Shown in pieces: positions 43,431-56,131 of a DNA stretch of 64,000 bases. Both the position numbers and the translations under genes were made by a program. Location: NCBI GenBank assembly GCA_964016885.1, contig OZ024766.1, forward strand, positions 1 through 64,000. Direction: 5' to 3'. The stretch's first letter is position 1, and every line of letters begins with the position of its first letter. The DNA is from Eledone cirrhosa. Lineage: Eukaryota. The notes beneath the pieces are model-generated. The model was not told the DNA's origin, did no database searches, and worked only from the letters and a program-made list of their open reading frames with translations.

Positions 43431-44979
43431 GTTGTTGTTGTTACTGTTGTTACTGCTGCTGTTGTTGTTGTTGTCACCATACCACCACCATCGCCATAAC
43501 TACCACTACTAACACCACACCACCACACCACACTACCACACCATACCACTCCACCACACACCACCACCACACCACACCACCACCACACTATACCATTTCC
43601 ATACCATTTCCATACCACACCACCACCACACCACCACCACACCACACACCACCACACCACCACACCACACCACACCACACCACCACCACACCACCACACC
43701 ACACCACACCACCACCACCACACCACACCACACCACCACACCACACCACCACCACACCATACCATTTCCATACCATTTCCATACCACACCACCACCACAC
43801 CACCACCACACATCACCACACCACCACACCACACCACACCACCACCACACCACCACACCACACCACACCACACCACACACCACCACATCACCACCACACA
43901 CCACCACACCACCACACCACACCACACCACACCACCACCACACCACACCACACCACCACACCACACCATTTCCATACCATTTCCATACCAATATATCGCC
44001 ACCAGGAAAATGTCAGTAACATGGTTTTATTTTATTTATTTCTGCACTGAGTGAACTCGTCTGAGGTCACAGAGTGCAGATCACACACACACACACACGT
44101 ACACACACACATACGCGCACGTACACACACATACGCGCACGTACACACACACATACGCGCACGTACACACACACATACGCGCACGTACACACACACATAC
44201 GCGCACGTACACACACACATACGCGCACGTACACACACATACACACACACACATACGCGCACACGTACACACATGTGCGCACAAGCACTTGCACGCACTT
44301 ACACGCGCGCGCACACGTACATATGCGCACGCGAGCACGTCCGTATTAACGCGCACGCGCGCGCATGCGTGCTCACTCACACAAACAAACGCATACCCAC
44401 ACCCACACACACATACACACACACATACACATACACACATACATGCACACATACATGCATAGACATGCCGATAAAACACACACACATGCACACACACACA
44501 TACACACATGCACACATACACACATACGCACATGCACACACACACATACACACATGCACGCACTTACGTACAAGCTTAGATTTGCATATACACACGCACG
44601 TACATTCACGTATCACACACACGCACTCAATACACACACGCACACACAGGTTTATATGTACACATAGACACGCACTCAATACACACACGCACACACAGGT
44701 TTATATGTACACACACACACGCACACACAGGTTTATATGTACACACACACACGCACTCAATACACACACGCACACACAGGTTTATATGTACACACACACA
44801 CGCACTCAATACACACACGCACACACAGGTTTATATGTACACACACACACGCACTCAATACACACACGCACACACAGGTCTATATGTACACATACACACG
44901 CTCAGACGACCACGTCTAACATAAACAGAAGTACGGCCATTGCACAATATTCCATTATTAATAATTATTAATTAATTCT

Positions 44980-45160
44980 TGGCAGTATCGGTAGATTGTC
45001 GGATGCCATGCTTTGGCGCATAGAGTTACGGCCCTTGCCATTCTGAGTTCAAATCCCGCCGAGGTTAACTTTGCCTTTCATCCTTACGGGGTCGATAAAA
45101 TAAAGTACCAGTAATGCACTGGGTAATTGCTGGCCTTGTGCCAAATGTAAAAACAATTAT
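44980..45160 (+). mobile_element. SINE family 2
   Basis: TGGCAGTATCGGTAGA head, GAGTTCAAATCCC B box, conserved core. Confidence 0.85.
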
Positions 45161-45387
45161 TTTACATTATTCCGGAGTAAACAAACCAGCTTGCGTACTC
45201 CGTCGAGTGCTCCAATTTGCATACTGGGGTATCGGTACGTAAATCGGAACATAGGGTCCCGAGATTGCTTATCCCTTCGTTCCTGCCGAGACTTATAGGA
45301 GCAGGTTGATTTCTCACGAATGAAACAGTTCTAGTCCTGTAGAAGCTCTTCTATATTAAAACTATATAGATATATATATATATATAT

Positions 45388-45735
45388 AACGAAGGAAATG
45401 TGGTAAGGAACCAGGTGGACCATAACGCACCAAAGTACTCAATACTTAGGGTAGTAGAGTGGGTAATAGGAACAAGTAAGACCCCGACGGCTGAGCTCAA
45501 GCCGTTTCGACGGCTAATTCTGGTACAGAATTAGCCGTCGAAACGGCTTGAGCTCAGCCGTCGGGGTCTTACTTGTTCATATATATATATATATAGATAG
45601 ATGTGTGTGTATATATATATATATATGAACAAGTAAGACCCCGACGGCTGAGCTCAAGCCGTTTCGACGGCTAATTCTGATACAGAATTAGCCGTCGAAA
45701 CGGCTTGAGCTCAGCCGTCGGGGTCTTACTTGTTC
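45388..45735. mobile_element. Two adjacent copies of the GC-rich half-hammerhead hairpin element
   Basis: Perfect palindromes 45470-45578 and 45627-45735; tail 45388-45469 is the reverse complement of the 12155-12235 tail. Confidence 0.7.
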
Positions 45736-46102
45736 ATATATATATATATATATATAGATAGATGTGTGTGTATATATACGTGTACAAGGCACACACACAC
45801 ACACACACACACACAAGGGAAGGAAAAAGGGGGAAAAAACACCAACAGTAGCTTGCTGCGTATCGTGTGTGTGTTTTTTTTTTTAGTTAGCGACAGACTT
45901 AAAGGTCAAAGTTGAGTTATGTGACCTCCGATGACCCCTGGGTCAAACTATGGAAACAAACCTCACCGTTAACCCTCCTTCAAAAGTCACCTATTTATAG
46001 CGTTCGGGGTGGCGGTGGTGACGAGAAGGTGGCGACGGGGTAGGGGGTAGGGCAAGTGGTGAGAGCTGATGTGAGGCTAGTGGTGAGTAATTAGGTGATA
46101 TG

Positions 46103-46137
<35 letters not shown>

Positions 46138-46142
46138 GTATG

Positions 46143-46205
<63 letters not shown>

Positions 46206-47221
46206 GTATATATATGTATATATATACATATATATATATGTATATAGATATGTATATATATATACATATATATATATGTATATAGATATGTATATATATA
46301 TATATACATATATATACACATATGTACATGTATATAAATGTGTGTATGTATATTTGTATATAAGTATGCAAATTATATGTATGTAATTAGCATACTTGAG
46401 TGTGTATGTTTATATATATGTGTATATATGGTTATATATATATATACATACATACATATATATATCTATATATATATATATGCATGTATATATATATATT
46501 TATATATATATATACATGCGTATATATATATATATGCATATATATATATATATGCATGTATATATATAAATGCATGTATATATAATTACATATATATATG
46601 CATACACACACACACGTCTGTATATATTTGTAGATACATGTGTATGATAAAACGAAGTTTCATTTAAAAATGTTTTTTTATTGCAAATTACCCGTTACAC
46701 ACGTTTCACAGAGCATTGGCTCGTGGTATTTATCGATGAGACCTGATGCCAATATCAATTTGCTCATCAGATGTGTGGATTCAAATCAAAACATTTGAAT
46801 AACCTACCCCCACATATGAGTACCTTACAGTTGGTTATCTAATGCACCACCGGAAGACCCCCACATTTGCACCAGAGAAATACGTATAATGGCTAATTTC
46901 ATAATAAAAGAAATTATCGGAATCTAGCCTACGGGCATGTGGTTAGAACATCTCAGGAAAGTATCGCTCGACACGTTTTATAGGCAAAAACCAATCGACA
47001 GGAGACCCAGAAGTAGCCACCGTGCAATATGGTTGGATAACACCCATAAAAACGGCTGGTCTCGCTCGAGGATCCAGTCGGATTAGTTGTAGATGTTTGT
47101 TAAAGGGTGAAGGCTGGAACAAGAAGGACCTATCTTGAAGATATGTATGGAAGGCAAACGATCCACAAGTTCCCAGGCCTCATACGCTTCCCAAGCGGGT
47201 TGAAACTTGTCAAATTGGACC

Positions 47222-47975
47222 TAAGGAAACAATGTCTCCATTGGTCTTTCCATTGCAGATACTATGTCTGTCTATCTGTCACAACTCCTGACAGAAGAAA
47301 GGAGCTGATCATCAGATCAGACCAAGGAAACAACGTCTCCATTGGTCTTTCCATTGCTGATACTATCTGTTGGTCACAACTCCTGGCAGAAGAAAGGAGC
47401 TGATCATCAGATCAGACCAAGGAAAGAATGTGTCCATTGGTCTTTCCATTGCTGATACTATCTGTTGGTCACAACTCCTGGCAGAAGAAAGGAGCTGATC
47501 ATCAGATCAGACCAAGGAAAGAATGTGTCCATTGGTCTTTCCATTGTTGATACTATCTGTTGGTCACAACTCCTGGCAGAAGAAAGGAGCTGATCATCAG
47601 ATCAGACCAAGGAAACAATGTGTCCATTGGTCTTTCCATTGTTGATACTATCTGTTGGTCACAACTCCTGGCAGAAGAAAGGAGCTGATCATCAGATCAG
47701 ACCAAGGAAACAACGTCTCCATTGGTCTTTCCATTGTTGATACTATCTGTTGGTTACAACTCCTGGCAGAAGAAAGGAGCTGATCATCAGATCAGACCAA
47801 GGAAACAACGTCTCCATTGGTCTTTCCATTGTTGATACTATCTGTTGGTCACAACTCCTGGCAGAAGAAAGGAGCTGATCATCAGATCAGACCAAGGAAA
47901 CAATGTGTCCATTGGTCTTTCCATTGCAGATACTATGTCTGCCTGTCACAGCTCCTGGCAGAAGAAAGGAGTTGA
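47222..47975 (-). repeat. Same 95-bp satellite in the opposite orientation, about 8 copies
   Basis: Reverse complement of the 18935-20390 unit. Confidence 0.95.
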
Positions 47976-48316
47976 CCAATCTGTGTGTGTCTGTGTGTGT
48001 AGCCAAAATGTTTATCTGGGGAAGATATAAGCTTGACCGACTAAAATAAGTAGGTTTTACTCCTAGAATAGCCAGACGATGGTTTGTGGCATTGAAATAG
48101 CAATATTGGAAGAATTACAATTCCGTCATCAGGGGGAGAATTCTTTGGAATAAAAGATGTTGAATATATATTATAAGAGATTCAAATCCCGCCAAGGTTA
48201 ACTTTGCCTTTCATCCTTACGGAGGTCGATAAAATAAAGTACCAGTAATGCACTGGGATAATTGCTGGCCCTGTGCCCAAAGTAGAAACAATTATATATA
48301 TATATATATATATATA

Positions 48317-48441
48317 GGAACGAGTAGGACCCCGACGGCTGAGCTCAAGCCGTTTCGACGGCTAATTCTGGGCTAAACCTATTAGTCCAGAATTAGCCGT
48401 CGAAACGGCTTGAGCTCAGCCGTCGGGGTCTTACTCGTTCC
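48317..48441. mobile_element. GC-rich half-hammerhead hairpin element with a longer central stem-loop
   Basis: Same arms as 12045/45470; centre GGCTAA-ACCTAT-TAGTC. Confidence 0.7.
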
Positions 48442-48795
48442 TATATATATATATATATATACAGAGAGAGAGACGGTCGTTGTGTAAGATATGAGCGAGA
48501 GAGAGAGAGAGAGAGATAATAGGTTTATATGAGAGAGAGAGAGAGAGAGAGATGTTGGGGGGTGCGCGTTGCATTGCCTCCATTCTCAGAGATGATATCG
48601 GTCACGTGACAGTTGTACCCCAGATTTGAAGAATTGCACCGGGTGACCCCGGCAGTAATGGAAACGAAAGCGCAACAACAATGATTATTGTGCTGATGAT
48701 GACATCACTGCAGAAGACAAAGGCGGCGGCGGAGAAGGAGCAATAAATAAATGGAGGTAATTTTAATTTTAAAGGACAAAGACTGAATATAACAA

Positions 48796-48839
<44 letters not shown>

Positions 48840-48865
48840 AGAGGCAGATACATACACACACACAG

Positions 48866-48899
<34 letters not shown>

Positions 48900-48923
48900 A
48901 GGCAGATACATACACACACACAG

Positions 48924-48964
<41 letters not shown>

Positions 48965-49224
48965 CAGATACACACAGATACACACATACACACACACACA
49001 CAGAGGCAGATAATACACACACACACAGGCAGATACACACAGATACACACACACACACAAGCAGATATACACACACACACACACAAGTAGATACACACAC
49101 AGGCAGATACACACACACACAGGCAGATACACACACACACATACACAAGCAGATACACACACACACACACACACACACAGGCAGATACACACAGATACAC
49201 GTGCGTGTGTGTATATATATATGC

Positions 49225-49262
<38 letters not shown>

Positions 49263-49827
49263 ATAAATATATATATGTGTGTGTGTGTATATATATGTAT
49301 ATATATATGTGTGTGTGTGTATGTATAAATATATATATGTATATATATGTGTGTGTGTGTGTGTAAATATATATATGTATATATATATGTGTGTGTGTGT
49401 GTAAATATATATATGTATATATGTGTGTGTGTGTATGTATAAATATATATATGTATATATATATGTGTGTGTGTGTGTAAATATATATATGTATATATAT
49501 ATGTGTGTGTGTGTGTAAATATATATATGTATATATATATGTGTGTGTGTGTATAAATATATATATATATATATATATGCGTACATATCTACACATGTTG
49601 TACATGGATCACACACAGTTAATTTCAAATGACAAGTATCCTCCAATCTCCCTCCCCCCCACACTACCCCCACCCCCACCACCACTACCTCCCACCAACA
49701 CCTCCCACCAACACCAGATCAATCTCCTTTGGTCTTCTGTCAAACAACTCTACCCCCCACCCCCTCACACACATTTTCAACATCCCCAACCATGCTTTTC
49801 TGTCCATCTTCTTCTCTTTATATATAC

Positions 49828-49872
<45 letters not shown>

Positions 49873-49891
49873 CATATATATATAGAATAGT

Positions 49892-49941
49892 GAGCTGTAC
49901 TGATGAAGCGTGATGTCCAGAAACATTAGTGTCTGCAGTTC
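49892..49941 (+). ncRNA. Hammerhead ribozyme motif, separate family (stem II degenerate)
   Basis: GAGCTGTA-CTGATGA-...-GAAAC-ATTAGT-GTC^TGCAGTTC; 8-bp stem I, GUC triplet. A partial copy lies on - at about 35635-35708. Confidence 0.6.
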
Positions 49942-50194
49942 TGTTCACATGCCAACAGAAGAGCAAGAATGAAGAGTTCATTCTACTGACATGGCTATAA
50001 AATTGAGGCTTGTTTGCATAATTGCAAACGAATCGAATGTTATGGTCTGAGTTCAAATCCAGCCGAGGTTAACTTTGCCTTTCATCCTTACGGGGTCGAT
50101 AAAATAAAGTACCAGTAATACACTGGAATAATTGCTGGCCTTGTGCCAAAATTAGAAACAATTATTAATATTCGAAAAACTATATATTTATATG

Positions 50195-50680
50195 AGATCG
50201 GTGAGGAGGAAGTCGGACCTTCGTAAAAACCTGAAAATCCGCCTCTTCATTGCTGTAGTGGAGTCTGCGCTGCTGTACGGGTCTGAGACTTGGACACTGA
50301 CCAAGAAACTCACTCAGATGGTGGATGGGTGCTACACGAGAATGCTGAGGATGGCTCTGAACATTAATCAGTATACACTGAGGATGAAAAACTCAGAGCT
50401 GTACGGGAGCCTCCCAAAAGTCAGCTCCAAAGTGACACAGAGGAGACTGAGGTTAGCTGGACATGCTCACCGACATCCAGAGTTGACATTGCACTCAGTG
50501 CTCCTGTGGGAGCCCCTACATGGACTGCACACACTGGAATAGGGAGACGAAGGTTAACATATGTTGATGCCCTAAGGACAGAGACTGGTCTGTTGGAGAC
50601 GCAGGACATGGCAGTGATAATGAGGGACAGAGACCGCTGGAGAGAACTCGTCCATGGATCTCGGGAATTTGACCCGCCCT

Positions 50681-50682
<2 letters not shown>
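50195..50682 (+). mobile_element. RTE-like LINE 3' fragment (3'-end copies at 4645-4800 on - and 56604-56731 on +; relative at 35200-35453)
   Basis: ESALLYGSETWTLT, RRLRLAGH, LLWEP; shared end GGATCTCGGGAATTT.ACCCGCC.TAG. Confidence 0.88.
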
Positions 50683-50720
<38 letters not shown>

Positions 50721-50830
50721 GCATATATGTTATGGAATATTGTTAGCTTATCGCTAAAACAATTTCTATACCTTTCATTTACATATATATATATACACGC
50801 ACACATATGTATGCATATACATATATATAT

Positions 50831-50862
<32 letters not shown>

Positions 50863-50863
50863 T

Positions 50864-50947
<84 letters not shown>

Positions 50948-51239
50948 ATTCCTGAACCACTGATGTTAAGATAAGGAAACTGGAGAGAATTCGAGATCAT
51001 TCTTCGACAAAACTTTCTACATTACAACAATGTGACGTCATTATTCCTCTGATGACGTCATCTGTTATCAGCAGATATGTTTAAAATCTAGTAATGCTGA
51101 AAAGATATTGACAACAGCTGAACCTGCGGCGGGCGGCATTTAGGTATTGTCGTGTGCCTTCATCTTATATTTTCTACTGAATCAAACAATAATGCAATGA
51201 CAAACATTTTGCAAAATGGCCAAAAAAAAAAAAAAAAAA

Positions 51240-52905
51240 GTGATACAAGAATTGCAGCAACTGGTGCAGTAAAACACCAGCTTCAAGATACAGTTATCTG
51301 AAGAAGGGAGGTAGGTGTAAAAGCCAAACTCGCTAGCTTCTATTCGGTATTCGTGCCAACCTTATACCTGTGCTCACGAATCTTGGGTAATGTCTGTAAG
51401 AATATAATGTCGAATACAAACGGCGGAAATGGGGTTCCCCCGAAGGGTTTTTTTGGAGTAACTTTACTCGATAAAGTGCTTAACTCAGAGATCAGAGAGA
51501 CACACTCCAGCTAGAGCTGCTACTTCTCCGAATTGAGAGATCACAGCTCTGATACTACAGACATGTGGTTAGAATGTCTCAGGAAAGAATCTCTGAATTG
51601 AGAGATCACAGCTTTGATACTACAGACATGAGGTGAGAATGTCTCAGGAAAGCATCTCTGGATTGAGAGATCACAGCTCTGATACTACAGACATGTGGTT
51701 AGAATGTCTCAGGAGAGAATCTCTGAATTGAGAGATCACAACTCTGATACTACAGACATGTGGTTAGAATGTCTCAGGAAAGCATCTCTGGATTGAGAGA
51801 TCACAGCTCTGATACTACAGACATGTGGTTAGAATGTCTCAGGAGAGAATCTCTGAATTGAGAGATCACAGTTCTGATACTACAGACATGTGGTTAGAAT
51901 GTCTCAGGAAAGAATCTCTGGATTGAGAGATCACAGCTCTGATACTACAGACATGTGGTTAGAATGTCTCAGGAAAGCATCTCTGGATTGAGAGATCACA
52001 GCTCTGATACTACAGACATGTGGTTAGAATGTCTCAGGAGAGAATCTCTGAATTGAGAGATCACAGTTCTGATACTACAGACATGTGGTTAGAATGTCTC
52101 AGGAAAGAATCTCTGGATTGAGAGATCACAGCTCTGATACTACAGACATGTGGTTAGAATGTCTCAGGAAAGAATCTCTGAATTGAGAGATCACAGCTCT
52201 GATACTACAGACATGTGGTTAGAATGTCTCAGGAAAGAATCTCTGAATTGAGAGATCACAGCTCTGATACTACAAACATGTGGTTAGAATCTCTAAGGAA
52301 AGAATCTCTGAATAGAGCGATCACAGCTCTGATACTACAGACATGTGGTTAGAATGTCTCAGGAGAGAATCTCTGAATTGAGAGATCACAGCTCTGATAC
52401 TACAGACATGTGGTTAGAATGTCTCAGGAAAGAATCTCTGAATTGAGAGATCACAGCTCTGATACTACAGACATGTGGTTAGAATGTCTCAGGAAAGAAT
52501 CTCTGAATTGAGAGATCACAGCTCTGATACTACAGACATGTGGTTAGAATGTCTCAGGAAAGAATCTCTGAATTGAGAGATCACAGCTCTGATACTACAG
52601 ACATGTGGTTAGAATGTCTCAGGAGAGAATCTCTGGATTGAGAGATCACAGCTCTGATACTACAGACATGTGGTTAGAATGTCTCAGGAAAGAATCGCTG
52701 GACAGATTTTACGGGCAAAACCAACTGGTAGGAGACCTAGGGGTAGACCTCGAGCAAGATGGTTGGATAACATCCATGAGCTTGGCTGGTCATGCTTGAT
52801 GATCCAACAAGATCAGTTGGAGACGGTTATTTCTGACAGTATCGTCTGCAAGGTGTTTGAGGACTCTGTCCCCGCGACCCTCTCAGGCATAAGTGAGCGA
52901 AGAAG
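51240..52905 (+). mobile_element. Degraded RTE-like LINE 3' part containing a 65-bp tandem amplification
   Basis: HESWVM, AEMG, RIERSQL, HVVRMSQER, PTGRRPRGRPRARWLDNI; a homologous fragment lies at about 46935-47090. Confidence 0.85.
51530..52695. repeat. 65-bp satellite, about 18 copies
   Basis: Unit GAATTGAGAGATCACAGCTCTGATACTACAGACATGTGGTTAGAATGTCTCAGGAAAGAATCTCT. Confidence 0.97.
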
Positions 52906-53533
52906 GACAAAAAAAAAAAAAAAATTGTCGCCAAGGTGTTCACGTGGTTGCCGTGGAAATAACGTGGTTGCCATAACAACTGTTTCCATACAATTCAGAG
53001 CATACACATATATTAAGATAGGTAATGTTGTGTGGCGATATTGTTTCAATTACAAAGGCTGTGTATATAATCGAAATATGTAACAAGAACAAAAAAAAAA
53101 AGAAAGAAAAATCAACGAAAAAATCAAAGAAATATCGTTTTATACCCCCTGTTTAATCCTGCCGTAACTATAGCAACGAGGAATCTTTTTTGTTGGAAAA
53201 TTAGATTCATCACTTTCATCAGTTCCGTGAGCATTTAACAGGATAAATTTTAAGGAAAAGTCACCAAATTTCAGAGAGAAAAAAATCTGCTTTCTTTGAA
53301 AAGATACGCAAAAAAACAACAACGAAAATGACCACCTCGGGTAGGATGGTGGCCCTGAGAGCATATTCAACCTCTCAACCTCACCAGGAATAACTGGGTT
53401 AAGAAATGTGTCATATAGATGACCCAGTTATTCCCCATTGCTGCATATATTTCGGATACGTGTGAGTTCTTTTCGTACATCTCCCGTTTTAGAAGGCTTG
53501 GATTATAGTATATAAACAGGAATTTGCAGGCGG

Positions 53534-53589
<56 letters not shown>

Positions 53590-53759
53590 TAAATGTGGAG
53601 AGGAAGCACACGAGTTAGGATATATAGATATATATAGATATATGAAAACAGGGAGAAAAAGACGATTATTAGGAAGAAAGATTTTTTTTTTTCCCTTTTT
53701 ATTTATTTTTCTCTTTTTTCTGGGTTAGAAAATGATTAAAACGAAATGAAATACAAGAC

Positions 53760-55440
53760 CGAGAAAAGGGCGGAGGGACTCGGCAGAGTCAACGGCCATC
53801 CGAATAGTAATTTGTTTTTTCCCCCACCTGGGAGTGAAAGGTCCCCAGTTGTTGTCACAACACCTTTCTAGGAGAGGGAAACTGAAAAAAAACCTGCGGC
53901 TTCGAAAGCATCCGATGATGTTGACCAGTTCTCCTTTTCAGGGAGTGTTTTCAATGCTCAGAGAATGGGATTGGTCGAGTGCAAGGCCTTCCCCCACTTA
54001 AAAAAAACCTTCAAAGCACAGGCATCGCTTGTTCAGGGTCTGTTACAGGTTGGTGTGGCTGGTTGTAGCCTAAAACTGCACCAAACTCTATGATGACAAA
54101 TGATGACCTTGAAGTCAATGGCAGTAAGGGCTCTGGAACTTACAAAGGAAAGGGAGCCAAAGATGACTGTGGCAACTACAGAGGTATTTCACTGCTATCT
54201 GTGGCTGGGAAGATCTTGTGCAGGATATTGTTGGACAGATTGATACAGCACATTGCTATTGAGGTACTTCCTGAGCCCCAATGTGGCTTTAGGAATGGCA
54301 GAAGCACTGCTGACATGATCTTCTCGGCCAAACAACTTCAAGAGAAATGCATTGAGCAGCGCATGGACTTATACCAAGTTTTGTCGATCTGACCAAGGCA
54401 TTTGACACCGTTAATCGGAAGGCTTTGTGGGTTATTTTGGAGAGATTGGGCTGTCCTGAAAAGTTTGTGAACATTCTGAAACTCTTCCACGATGACATGC
54501 AGGCATGGGGGAATGTTGGAGGTAAACTGTCTGAGCCAATCTCGGTTGAGAATGGTGTCAAGCAGGGTGATATACCTGCACCGACTTTGTTTGCCTTGTA
54601 TTTCGCAATGGTGTTCTTTATGGCCTTCAAGGATTGTCAACATGGTATCTATCTCAGGTTTCGCACTTCCAGCAAGCTGTTTAACCTCGGGCGTCTCACT
54701 GCCAACACTAAGGTACTGAGTACCTTGATCAGATAATTTTTATATGCAGATGATTGTGATCTCTTTGCACACTCCCAGAGTGACATGCAACACCTTATGG
54801 ATTCTTTTTCCAATGCGTGCAGTGCTTTGGGACAATCAGTTTGAAGAAGACTGTCGTCATGTACCAACCTGCTCCGGATAAAGTTTTCAATGAACCCTCC
54901 ATATACATATAGGTCAAAAGCTGAAGGCTGCTGACACATTTGTGTATTTGGGGAGTACTCTGAGTGTGGCCTGCTCTTTGGATGCAGCAGTTGGTCTACG
55001 TGTTAGTAAGGCAAGTGAGTCATTTGGAAGGCTCAACGACCGTCTTTGGTGCAGGCGAGGAATCACAATGAGGACCAAGGTGAGAGACTATGCTGCATGT
55101 GTACTGTCAGCTTTGCTGTATGCATGTGAGACATGGGTTGCCTACAAACGGAATATCCACAGACTGGAACGGTTTCGCCAGTAGTGTTTCAGAAAGATGC
55201 TCAGTGTCAAGTGGCAGATGCATGTGAGTGATGTTGAGGTCCTTGAGAGAAGTGAATATCGGAGCATTGAGAGTATCATCCACCAACGGCGTTTGCGATG
55301 GACCGGACACCTCTGCAGAATGGAGGATATTCGAATCCCAAAACAACTTCTGTATGCCGAGCTTTGTGAGGGTAGGAGACCACCTCACAAACCAAGGCTC
55401 CGATTCAAGGATTGTGGAAAGGACTCATTGAACAAGATTG
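53760..55440 (+). mobile_element. RTE-clade LINE, internally deleted and frameshifted (5' UTR plus reverse transcriptase)
   Basis: NYRGISLLSVAGKI, QCGFR, DLTKAFDTV, KQGD, YADD, LLYACETW, RLRWTGH across shifted frames. The 5' UTR joins directly to the RT region; no APE endonuclease. Confidence 0.92.
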
Positions 55441-55784
55441 GTTTGATGATGACCACCCAACAGGCCACGGAACCCTCCACAACAGGCCACCCTCCATAGC
55501 ATTTTACACAGCTACCATCTACTTAAGCTCCCCCCGCAGACCAGTCACCGGCCACCAAACCCACAGCCAGCCATACATACATACCCCCACCCCTCCAAGC
55601 CCAGGGCCAACCCGGAACTTGAGTCTTACTCTGATTCGTTGATTATAAGCTATGAAGGACAAAGCGCCACCAACATCCGCTTTCCTCGCAGACAGCAAGA
55701 TTTCTATCAACAAATACATATATCATCCTTACTGTTTCATCAGGCTACTTCCACTAACATGTAACTTAATACCTTAGCTATATA

Positions 55785-56131
55785 TCATCATCATCATCAT
55801 CATCATCATTTTACGTCCGCTTTTCCCTGTTTGCAAGGGTGGGACAGGAACTGATTCTGGCTAGATCTCTACAGCTGGATGCCCTTCCTAACACCAACCT
55901 CATTTACAGTGAGTGCTGGGTGCTTTCTTGCCGTGGCACCTCCACGACCACTTTGCAGTGGAATGATATGGACCCCAGTCCCTATCATCTCATTTCTACA
56001 GCTGAGTAAACTGGAGCAATGTGAAATAAAGTGTCTTGCTCAAGGAAACAACACATCACTCGGTCTGAGAATTGAACTCACAACCTTTCGATTGCAAGGC
56101 CAATGCTCTAACCACTCAGCCATATGCCTCC
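55785..56131 (-). mobile_element. SINE family 1
   Basis: Full-length reverse copy. Confidence 0.9.

Noticed and set aside
46695-46778. Minus-strand CTGATGA...GAAACGTG
   Set aside because: G at the cleavage position, weak stem I and irregular stem II.
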